From the NCBI GenBank assembly GCA_964484045.1, contig CAZAEP010000001.1, positions 11,634-75,633 on the forward strand: DNA of 64,000 nucleotides. The letters run 5' to 3'. Positions within the stretch are counted from its first letter, which is position 1. Each line of letters starts with the position of its first letter. Below the pieces are notes generated by a model that ran no database searches, was not told the origin of the DNA, and saw only the letters and a list, made by a program, of their open reading frames with translations. Shown piece by piece: positions 9,891 to 17,755 of this stretch. A program made the position numbers and the translations under genes. The stretch is from an uncultured Sphingomonadales bacterium. Lineage in GTDB: Bacteria > Pseudomonadota > Alphaproteobacteria > Sphingomonadales > Rhodothalassiaceae.

Positions 9891-12800
9891 GCGGGAAACG
9901 CCTCACCCCGCCGCAGATCGCGGCCAGCGACCCCGGGGCCAGCGTCTGGGTCACGGCCTCGGCGGGGACCGGCAAGACGCATGTCCTGACCGCGCGCCTG
10001 TTGCGCCTGATGCTTGCCGGCGTGCCGCCCGAGAACCTCCTGTGCCTCACCTTCACGAGGGCCGCGGCGGCGGAGATGGCGAACCGCCTGCGCGAGACGC
10101 TGGGCCGCTGGACGCAGGCCGGCGACCGGGCGCTCGACGCCGACATCCACGCCACCTGCGGCATCCGCGCCGACGAGGCGATCCGCACCCGCGCCCGGCG
10201 GCTCTTCGCGCAGGTCCTCGATCTCGAGGACGGCATGCACATCGACACCATCCACGCCTTCTGTCAGGCGCTGCTCGCCCGCTTTCCGCTCGAAGCCGGG
10301 CTCGCCCCGCAATTCGAGGTCATCGACGAGCGGCAGGCCGCGGACCTCCTCGCCGCCGCCCGGGATCAGGTGCTCGTCGATCCCGCCCATCGGCGCGCAT
10401 TGGGTCTTGTCGCCCGCGAAGTGAACGAGGAGGGCTTCGCCAGACTCACTGCCGCCCTGATCGCCGCCCGGCGACAGCTCGCCGCGCTCTTTCGCACCTG
10501 GTCCGGGGCCGACGGCGTGGCCCGGGCGGTGCGCCGGGCGCTCGGGCTCGGGGCGGACGAGGATGCCGCCTCGATCATCGCCGCCGCCTGCGCGGACGCG
10601 CCGGTCGAGGACCTTGCCCGCCTCGCGGCCGTCTTTGCCGCGCACGGCAGGACGGACGAGCAGCGCGTCGCGCCGCATCTCCACGCTTTCTGCACCGCGG
10701 AACCGGCGGCACGAGCGGTGCTCTGGACCGACTATTGCCGGGCCTTTCTCACCGGCAAGGGCGAGCCGCGCAAGACCGGCGCGCGCTATCCCACGAAGGA
10801 GGTCCGGTCGGCCTGGCCGCAGGCGGTCGAGGTGGTGGAGGCCGAGATCGCCCGCGTGGCGGCCATCGAGGAGCGCCTGCGCCTTCTGCGCGCCGCCGAG
10901 CTCACGGCGGCGGCGATGCGCATCGGCGAGGCGATCCTGCATGCTTATGAGAGGGCGAAGGCGCAGGCCGGCGCGCTCGATTATGACGACCTCATCGCAC
11001 GCACGGAATGCCTGCTCGGACGGCCGGATATCGCGCCTTGGATCCTCTACAAGCTCGATCACCGCATCGACCATGTGCTGGTCGACGAGGCGCAGGACAC
11101 CAACCGCGCGCAGTGGCGCATCATCGAGGACCTGACGGCGGAATTCTTCGCCGGCGAAGGCGCGCGCGACAAGGTGCGCTCGGTGTTTGCGGTGGGTGAC
11201 GTCAAGCAGTCGATCTTCGCCTTCCAAGGCGCCGATCCGCGCGCCTTCGTCGCCGCCCGCGAACGTGTCGCCGAACGCGCCGGGGCGGCCGCATGCGTCT
11301 TCCGGGAGGTCGCGCTCGACCGCTCGTTCCGCTCCACGCGCGCCGTGCTCGCGCTTGTCGACATGGTCTTCGCCGATGCCGACGCGGCGCGCGGTCTCGA
11401 TCTCGATCCGGGGCGGATCCGTCATGTCGCCGAGCGTGCGGCGGACGGCGGTCTGGTCGAGCTCTGGCCGGTCGAGGAGCCGCCACCGAAAAAAGAGCGC
11501 GCGCCCTGGGAGCCGCCGCTCGAGCAGGAGCCCGCGGACAGCGCCGAGGCGCGCCTTGCAAAGCGCATCGCGCTGCGCATCGACGCCATGCTGCGCGCGC
11601 CCGAGACGCTGCTCTCGGAAGGCCGCCCCGTCCGTCCCGGCGACATCATGGTGCTGGTGCGCCGGCGCACCGCTTTCGTGACCTGCCTCGTCAAGGCGCT
11701 CAAATCGCTCGGCGTGCCGGTGGCGGGCGCCGACCGCATGCGCGTCACCGAGCAGCTCGCGGTCAGGGACCTCGTCGCGCTCGCCGCCTTCACGCTCCTG
11801 CCCGAGGACGATCTCACCCTTGCAAGCGTGCTCAGGAGTCCGCTTGTCGGGATCGGCGAAGAGGCGCTCTTTGCGCTCGCGCACGATCGCGGCAGCCGAA
11901 GCCTGTGGTCGGTTCTCGAGGAAACCGGGGCGCACGCCGGGACGGTGGCCTTCCTGTCGCGCTGCCGCGCCGACGCCGCGACCCTGCGGCCCTTCGAGTT
12001 CTTCGCCCGCGTGCTCAATGAATATGGCGGCCGGCGCAAGCTGATCGAGCGCCTGGGCACCGAGATCATCGACCCCGTCGACGAATTTCTGCACCTCGCA
12101 CGCGACTACGAAGCCGATCATCCGCCGTCGCTGCAGGGCTTTCTCCATTGGGTCGCGCGCGGCGGCGCCGAGGTCAGGCGCGACCCCGAACAGGGGCAGG
12201 ACGAGGTTCGCATTCTCACCATCCACGGCGCCAAGGGGCTCGAGGCGCCGATCGTCTTCCTTCCCGACTGCTGCAGCGTGCCGCAGGACGATACACGACT
12301 CCTTGCCCTGACACCGCCCCCGGGCGCGCCGCCGGAGCCGCCGCTTCTGGTGTGGCCGGGCAACAGCAGGGCGAACGAGGTCGGCCCGCTGGCGCCGGCT
12401 CGCAGGGACCGCGATGCCGCCTGCGACGCCGAATACCGGCGCCTCCTCTATGTCGCCCTGACGCGCGCGCGCGATCGCCTCTATATCGCCGGCTGGAAGA
12501 CGCAGCGGCGGGGCGGCGCGCGGACCTGGTACGACATGATCGCCGCCGGCTTCGATCGCCTCGAGGGCGTGGAGGAGATCGCGGACGCCGGCGGGCGGAC
12601 GCTGCGTCGCTTCGAGGTGCCGCAACGGATTCCGCCGCGGCGTCCGGGCGCGGCGCCCGAACCCCTCGCGCCGCCCGCAATTCCCGAATGGGTGCATCGC
12701 CCCGCGCCGGACGAGCCGACGCCGCCGAGGCCGCTCGCCCCCTCGCGCCCCGAGGAGGCGGAACCGGCACCGTTGTCCCCGCAGCAGGGCGGCGGCGCAC

Positions 12801-13306
12801 GCTTTCGCCGCGGCCTTCTTGTCCACCGCCTGCTCGAGCTTCTGCCGCAACTTCCCGAAACGGCACGGGAGCGCGCGGCCCGACATTTCCTGAAGCAGGC
12901 CGGCGGGCTCGACGCCGCGGAGATCGATTGCTTGTGGGAGAAGGTGGCGGGCGTGCTCGGCGATCCCGCATTCGGCGCCCTGTTCGCGCCCTCCGGCATG
13001 GCCGAGGTGCCGCTTGCGGGTGTCGTCGGCGGGCGTCCGGTCAGCGGTCGGGTCGACCGGCTCGCGGTCGCGGCGGATCGCGTTCTGGTCGTCGACTACA
13101 AGACGCACCGCCGGCCGCCGGCCCGCATCGCGGACGTGCCGTCGCTCTATCTGCGGCAGATGGCCGCCTATCGCGCCCTGCTCGCCGGCATTTTCCCCGG
13201 CCGTCGGATCGCGTGCGCGCTCTTGTGGACCGAGGGACCGCATCTCATGGGACTGCCCGACGAGCTGCTGACGGCCCACGATCCCGAAGGCGTGTGCACG
13301 CCTTGA
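9887..13306 (+). CDS. addA: Double-strand break repair helicase-nuclease AddA
   Basis: ATG 9887 overlaps the addB TGA. UvrD/Rep helicase motif I is VTASAGTGKTHVLT and motif II is VDEAQDTN. The C-terminal nuclease motif is VVDYKTH. The track ORF start at 9272 is an in-frame read-through of addB sequence. Confidence 0.9.
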   Translation: MSGKRLTPPQIAASDPGASVWVTASAGTGKTHVLTARLLRLMLAGVPPENLLCLTFTRAAAAEMANRLRETLGRWTQAGDRALDADIHATCGIRADEAIRTRARRLFAQVLDLEDGMHIDTIHAFCQALLARFPLEAGLAPQFEVIDERQAADLLAAARDQVLVDPAHRRALGLVAREVNEEGFARLTAALIAARRQLAALFRTWSGADGVARAVRRALGLGADEDAASIIAAACADAPVEDLARLAAVFAAHGRTDEQRVAPHLHAFCTAEPAARAVLWTDYCRAFLTGKGEPRKTGARYPTKEVRSAWPQAVEVVEAEIARVAAIEERLRLLRAAELTAAAMRIGEAILHAYERAKAQAGALDYDDLIARTECLLGRPDIAPWILYKLDHRIDHVLVDEAQDTNRAQWRIIEDLTAEFFAGEGARDKVRSVFAVGDVKQSIFAFQGADPRAFVAARERVAERAGAAACVFREVALDRSFRSTRAVLALVDMVFADADAARGLDLDPGRIRHVAERAADGGLVELWPVEEPPPKKERAPWEPPLEQEPADSAEARLAKRIALRIDAMLRAPETLLSEGRPVRPGDIMVLVRRRTAFVTCLVKALKSLGVPVAGADRMRVTEQLAVRDLVALAAFTLLPEDDLTLASVLRSPLVGIGEEALFALAHDRGSRSLWSVLEETGAHAGTVAFLSRCRADAATLRPFEFFARVLNEYGGRRKLIERLGTEIIDPVDEFLHLARDYEADHPPSLQGFLHWVARGGAEVRRDPEQGQDEVRILTIHGAKGLEAPIVFLPDCCSVPQDDTRLLALTPPPGAPPEPPLLVWPGNSRANEVGPLAPARRDRDAACDAEYRRLLYVALTRARDRLYIAGWKTQRRGGARTWYDMIAAGFDRLEGVEEIADAGGRTLRRFEVPQRIPPRRPGAAPEPLAPPAIPEWVHRPAPDEPTPPRPLAPSRPEEAEPAPLSPQQGGGARFRRGLLVHRLLELLPQLPETARERAARHFLKQAGGLDAAEIDCLWEKVAGVLGDPAFGALFAPSGMAEVPLAGVVGGRPVSGRVDRLAVAADRVLVVDYKTHRRPPARIADVPSLYLRQMAAYRALLAGIFPGRRIACALLWTEGPHLMGLPDELLTAHDPEGVCTP

Positions 13307-13380
13307 CCCCCGGGGATCGGCTTCCTACCTTAGCCCGGCATCTCGCGGACCCGATCCCCAAATGAAAAACGGAGTGGCGC

Positions 13381-13701
13381 ATGGCGACGATCAAGGTGAC
13401 CGACGGCAATTTCGAGACCGACGTCCTCAAGTCGGACAAACCGGTGCTGGTGGACTTCTGGGCCGAGTGGTGCGGCCCCTGCCGCATGATCGCGCCGGCG
13501 CTCGAGGAGATTTCGAACGAGCGGGACGATATCGTCGTCGCCAAGCTCGATATCGACAGCAATCCCGAGGCGCCGACCCGCTACGGCGTGCGCGGCATTC
13601 CCACCATGATCCTGTTCAGGGACGGGCGGCCCGCGGCGACCAAGGTCGGCGCGCTCCCCAAGCAGCAGATCAAGGCCTGGATCGACGCCGCACTCGGCTG
13701 A
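13381..13701 (+). CDS. trxA: Thioredoxin
   Basis: 106 aa with the active site WCGPC inside the canonical [15 protein letters not shown] context. GGAG lies 7 nt upstream of the ATG. Confidence 0.95.
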   Translation: MATIKVTDGNFETDVLKSDKPVLVDFWAEWCGPCRMIAPALEEISNERDDIVVAKLDIDSNPEAPTRYGVRGIPTMILFRDGRPAATKVGALPKQQIKAWIDAALG

Positions 13702-13728
13702 GCGCCGCGCCGCCGGACGGCGCCCTCC

Positions 13729-14148
13729 TCAGTGCTTGCCCGGCGCGAGCGGCACCCCCCGTCGCTCATGGTGGATATAGGCCTCGAGCGCGATCATCGT
13801 CGGATCGTCGAGCGCCAGCGGCGTGCCTTCGAGCGGATTGCGGATGCACCAGTTGATCATCTCGCCGAGAACCGCCACCCGGCCCAGTTGCTGCTGGAAC
13901 TTGGGATAGGTCTCGGGGTGCGTGTTCGAGGCGTTGGGGTGGCACTGGGCGCAGACGACGCCGTTCCTGCTGCCGCCCAGCGTCGGATCGGTGAAGGCGG
14001 CGCGGCCGGCGGCGACCACGCTCATATAGGCGGCCCGCCACTCCGCGAGCTGCTTCTGCGTGAATTCGTCCGCCCGGGCCGGCGTGCCCGATGAGAAGAG
14101 CAGCAGCAGCGCGACGGCGGCGGCGAGGGGTGATGTCAGGCGGGTCAT
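13729..14148 (-). CDS. Periplasmic mono-haem c-type cytochrome
   Basis: 139 aa. The signal peptide is LAAAVALLLLFSSGTPARA. A single CAQCH haem motif lies at 13939..13953. It starts 10 nt after the upstream gene stop. Confidence 0.8.
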   Translation of the reverse strand: MTRLTSPLAAAVALLLLFSSGTPARADEFTQKQLAEWRAAYMSVVAAGRAAFTDPTLGGSRNGVVCAQCHPNASNTHPETYPKFQQQLGRVAVLGEMINWCIRNPLEGTPLALDDPTMIALEAYIHHERRGVPLAPGKH

Positions 14149-14158
14149 CCTCGGGCTC

Positions 14159-15232
14159 CTAATAGTGCTCTTGCGGCGGTATCCGCCGCTTCTGGAAGCG
14201 GGTGTCCTCGGGCCGTCCGGTTTCGGGATTGAAGGCGACGGTCCGCGGACTGTTGTCGGTCAGGCTGTAATGCGCGCTCACGCGGCCGCTCCAGACATCG
14301 ATGAACTGCCAGCCGGTGCCGTCGCGCTCGAAGAAGGGGTCGGCCCGGTTCATCGGGATGGTCAGCGCCGGCAGATGAGCGGACGCCTGGGCGTAGGTTT
14401 CGGGATAGGGCCAGGGCCAGGCCGTCGCCATCGCCAAATAGAAGGAGATATTGCCGATCTGATTGCTCTGGATCTGGTGTACATGGCCGTAGAGGACGGT
14501 GACCTTGTCGAAGCGCTGCAGGATCGCCTGCACCTCGTCGGCGTCCTCGGTCCAGAAGTTCCAGTTGCGGAAGATCTTCTGCAGCGGCGAATGCGAGCAG
14601 ACGACGATGGGCGTCGCAGGATCGAGCCCTGCGAGATCGTCGGCGAGCCATTTGCGCTGCGCCGCGCCGACCATGAAGGGCGAGCCGCGCGGGTCGTCGA
14701 GCCCGGCCATCACCGCCATGCGTTCCTCTCCCGAGGACCAGCGGTTGTAGGTCCAGTCGTCATAGGTGAGAATGCTGTTGAGAACCACGAAGTGCACGCC
14801 CTTGTGGTCGAAGCTGTAATATTGCGGCCCCAGCCGCTTCGACCAGTATTCGCCGAGATCGCGATAGTAGTCGTGCTCGCCCATGACGAAGCGGATGTCG
14901 TAGCGCAGCGCCGAGAGAATCTCGAGCCCGTGGTCGATCTCGGCGGGCTTGGCGAGCTGTGCGATGTCGCCGCCATAGAGGACGAAATCGGGCCTGGGAT
15001 CGAGCATGTTGCACTCGGCCACCGCGCGGACAAGGCCGCGGTCCCAGTTGCGCACGAATTCGCGGCCCCTGATCTGCTGGATGTGGGAATCCGAGATATA
15101 GGCGAAGGTGAAGTCGGGCCGCGTACCGCCGAAGGCGAGGCGGACGAAGCTGAGCGGCAGCAGCGAACCGGCGAGCGCGGCGCTGCCGGCGCCGAGCAGG
15201 CGGCGTCGATTGAGGGTCGCGGGCATCGTCAT
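14159..15232 (-). CDS. Tat-exported calcineurin-like metallophosphoesterase
   Basis: 357 aa. The twin-arginine signal is TLNRRRLLGAGSAALAG. Metal-ligand motifs are ISDSH, YGGD, MGEHD, CSHSP and GHVH. The start overlaps the upstream stop by 4 nt (ATGA); an alternative ATG lies at 15226. Confidence 0.85.
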   Translation of the reverse strand: MTMPATLNRRRLLGAGSAALAGSLLPLSFVRLAFGGTRPDFTFAYISDSHIQQIRGREFVRNWDRGLVRAVAECNMLDPRPDFVLYGGDIAQLAKPAEIDHGLEILSALRYDIRFVMGEHDYYRDLGEYWSKRLGPQYYSFDHKGVHFVVLNSILTYDDWTYNRWSSGEERMAVMAGLDDPRGSPFMVGAAQRKWLADDLAGLDPATPIVVCSHSPLQKIFRNWNFWTEDADEVQAILQRFDKVTVLYGHVHQIQSNQIGNISFYLAMATAWPWPYPETYAQASAHLPALTIPMNRADPFFERDGTGWQFIDVWSGRVSAHYSLTDNSPRTVAFNPETGRPEDTRFQKRRIPPQEHY

Positions 15233-16365
15233 CTCCTCTGTTCGGCGATGGCGTATTGCGGGCTCGTCAGCGCTTCGAGGAAGGCCACGAGATCGGCCTT
15301 TTGCGCCTCGTCGAGCCCGAGCGGGCGAATGCCGCCGCTCTGGAAGGGATTGATCGGGTCGCTTTCCGTTACCCGGCCGCCATTGTTGTAGAAGTCGACG
15401 ACGTCCTCCAGCGTCGCGAGCGAACCGTCATGCATGTAGGGCGCGGTGCGCGCGACATTGCGCAGGGTCGGGGTCTTGAAGGCGCCGATATGCGTCATCC
15501 AGCCGCTGACCGCATAGCGGCCGAGCTCGGAAAGGTCGAGATTGCCGAGCACCAGCTTGTCGACGTCCGCCCCTTCGGCGCGATGTTCCGTCATCGCCTT
15601 CGTCAGGGTGTCGACCGCGTCCGAGATCTTTTCGAAGCTGACATTGAGATTGTGAAAGCGGCCGTCCGTGAAAAGCGCGAAGTTCTGCGAGATCCGGTGG
15701 CAGGAGACGCAACGGCCTTCATTGAGAAAGACATCGAATCCGCGCTTGGCGGCCGCACTCATGGCGTCCTCGTCGCCGCCGAAATACCAGCGATCGAAGG
15801 GCGTATCGCCGGCAATGACGGTGCGCTCGAACGACGCGATCGCCTGCGCCACATGTTCGATGGTCACATCCTCCGCCGCGACCCCGAAGGCGGCGCGAAA
15901 GGCCTCGCGATAATCGGGATCGCCGCGAATGACCGCCAGGATCGGCGCGTGATCGGGCAGCCCCATCTCGACCGGATTGAGAAAGGGCTGCTTCGACTGT
16001 CCCTCGAGATCGGGCTCGCGCCCGTCCCAGAACTGCGACGACATATAGGCGGCATTGACCACCGTCGGCGCATTGCGGGTTCCCGTGAGCCCGCGGATGC
16101 CGACCGACACCCGGCGCGGACTGTCGGTAAACACCTTGGCCGGCTCGTGGCAGGTCGAGCAACTCACCTCGCCGGTCGCGGAAAAGCGCTTGTCGAGAAA
16201 CAGGCGCTCGCCGAGAGACACCTTTTCCGGCGTCACGGGATTGTCGGCAGGAACCGGAACGGGCGGCAGCCCGAGCGGCGGCTCGCTCTGCGCGCGTGCC
16301 GCAAGGCCCGGTATACCGACGGCGAGCGCGGCGATGAAGAGGGAACATCTCATTTGGTTCGGCAT
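15229..16365 (-). CDS. Di-haem cytochrome c peroxidase / MauG-family enzyme
   Basis: It has two haem motifs, CSTCHEP and CVSCH, plus typical NAPTVVNAAY, FWDGR, FKTPTLRN and PYMHDG segments. The signal peptide is MRCSLFIAALAVGIPGLAARA. The likely start is ATG 16365 (GGGAGG 9 nt upstream) or 16353, not the track start 16434. Confidence 0.85.
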   Translation of the reverse strand: MPNQMRCSLFIAALAVGIPGLAARAQSEPPLGLPPVPVPADNPVTPEKVSLGERLFLDKRFSATGEVSCSTCHEPAKVFTDSPRRVSVGIRGLTGTRNAPTVVNAAYMSSQFWDGREPDLEGQSKQPFLNPVEMGLPDHAPILAVIRGDPDYREAFRAAFGVAAEDVTIEHVAQAIASFERTVIAGDTPFDRWYFGGDEDAMSAAAKRGFDVFLNEGRCVSCHRISQNFALFTDGRFHNLNVSFEKISDAVDTLTKAMTEHRAEGADVDKLVLGNLDLSELGRYAVSGWMTHIGAFKTPTLRNVARTAPYMHDGSLATLEDVVDFYNNGGRVTESDPINPFQSGGIRPLGLDEAQKADLVAFLEALTSPQYAIAEQRR

Positions 16366-16440
16366 GCGAAAGGTCCTCCCGCTCGGGGCGTCCGGCGCGA
16401 TGAACGCCGCCGCCTCGCAGGGAGTGTATCGCATGCCATG

Positions 16441-16500
16441 ACATCGCCTAAGACGATAATGTAAGTAACTGTGATCGATTTCTTCGATATATCGTCGTGG
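16441..16500 (-). promoter_or_regulatory. AT-rich, palindrome-containing region upstream of the peroxidase-phosphoesterase-cytochrome operon (candidate promoter/operator)
   Basis: It is locally AT-rich, with the palindrome CGATATATCG (16485..16494) and the inverted repeat GACGATA (16452..16458) / TATCGTC (16490..16496). It lies between the CoA-transferase stop and the peroxidase start. Confidence 0.3.
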
Positions 16501-16505
16501 CGGCG

Positions 16506-17684
16506 CTATCCGGCGGCGATCCCGAGATCGGCGAGGATGCGGGCGCGATCCGCGTCGAGCGCCGGCGCGGGGCGACGCGTCGGCGCATCGGGCGCATCGC
16601 TCATCTTGACCGGATTTCCGGCCATGCGCATCGGTCCGGCCACCGGATCCTCGGCCGTGACCACCATATTGCGGGCCTGTACCTGCGGGTCGGCGAGCAC
16701 GGCGGCAACGTCGTTGATCGGGCCGCAGGGGATGCCGGCGGCGCCCAGGCGTTCGAGCCAGACCGCCGCCGGCGCCTCGGCGAGAGCCGTCTCGATCGCC
16801 GCGTGCAGCGCCGCCTCATGGGCGGTGCGGGCCTCATTGCTTGCGAACCGCGCATCCGAGCGCCATTCGGGATGGCCGAGCACGTCCGCAAGTCGCGCAA
16901 AGAGGCCGTCGTTCCCCGCGGCGATGACGAGATGACCATCCTGCGCCCTGAAGGCCGCGAAGGGTGTGATCGAGGGATGGCGCGCGCCCAGCGGACCGGG
17001 AACCACTCCCGTCGCCTCATGGCGCGCGATCGCGTTCTCGAGAATCGCCACCTGCCCGTCGAGCATGGCGACATCGACCAGCCGGCCGCGCCCGCTGCGC
17101 GCGCGATCGTGAAGCGCCGCAACGATCCCGACCGCCGCGAAAAGCCCGGCCGCGATGTCGCCGATCGAGGTGCCGACGCGGGTCGGCGGCCCACCGGGAT
17201 GGCCGGTGATCGACATGATGCCGCCCATCGCCTGCACCACGAGGTCGTAGGCGGCGCGGTCGCGATAGGGGCCGGTCTGCCCGAAGCCCGAGACCGCGGC
17301 GTAGACGAGGCGCGGATGGCGGGTTCGCAGTGTCTCCCAACCATAGCCGAGGCGGGCCATCACGCCGGGGCGGAAATTCTCGACCAGCACGTCGGCGCGG
17401 GCGAGAAGCGCCTCGAAAATTTCCCGGTCGTCCGCTTCCGCGAGATCGAGCGCGATCGATTCCTTGCCGCGATTGAGTCCGGCGAAATAGGCGGAGACGC
17501 GGCGTCCGTCCGCGGCTTCGAGAAAGGGCCCGATATGGCGGGCGTCGTCGCCGCCCGCGGGGCGCTCGACCTTGATCACCCGTGCGCCGAGCTCGCCGAG
17601 AATCATGGTGCAATAGGGGCCGGCGAGAACCCGGCTCAAATCGACCACCAGGATATCCGAGAGCGGTCCCCTGTCTCCTGTCAT
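16506..17684 (-). CDS. Family III CoA-transferase (CaiB/BaiF type)
   Basis: 392 aa. The N-terminus LSDILVVDLSRVLAGPYCTMILGELGARVIKVE and the overall length are typical of the family. Confidence 0.85.
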   Translation of the reverse strand: MTGDRGPLSDILVVDLSRVLAGPYCTMILGELGARVIKVERPAGGDDARHIGPFLEAADGRRVSAYFAGLNRGKESIALDLAEADDREIFEALLARADVLVENFRPGVMARLGYGWETLRTRHPRLVYAAVSGFGQTGPYRDRAAYDLVVQAMGGIMSITGHPGGPPTRVGTSIGDIAAGLFAAVGIVAALHDRARSGRGRLVDVAMLDGQVAILENAIARHEATGVVPGPLGARHPSITPFAAFRAQDGHLVIAAGNDGLFARLADVLGHPEWRSDARFASNEARTAHEAALHAAIETALAEAPAAVWLERLGAAGIPCGPINDVAAVLADPQVQARNMVVTAEDPVAGPMRMAGNPVKMSDAPDAPTRRPAPALDADRARILADLGIAAG

Positions 17685-17706
17685 CTCACACGGCTCCGGA
17701 CAAGCG

Positions 17707-17731
17707 GAGGGCGGCCCGAAGACCGCCCCTC
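17707..17731 (-). terminator. Candidate terminator after the first TonB-dependent receptor gene
   Basis: A GC-rich hairpin pairs GAGGGCGG (17707..17714) with CCGCCCCTC (17723..17731), with one bulge. It lies in the 71-nt gap between the receptor stop and the CoA-transferase start. There is no U-tract. Confidence 0.35.
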
Positions 17732-17755
17732 ACGCCCCGCCCCCTTTCCGGGTCT

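Noticed and set aside
9821-13279. 1152-aa minus-strand ORF opposite addA
   Set aside because: It is an antisense shadow. It is Arg/Gly/Ala-rich with no recognisable domain, whereas the plus frame has clear helicase and nuclease motifs.
13702-13728. Hairpin GCGCCG...CGGCGC between the convergent trxA and cytochrome c genes as a bidirectional terminator
   Set aside because: It has only a 6-bp stem in a 27-nt gap and no U-tract. It cannot be distinguished from background GC-rich self-complementarity.
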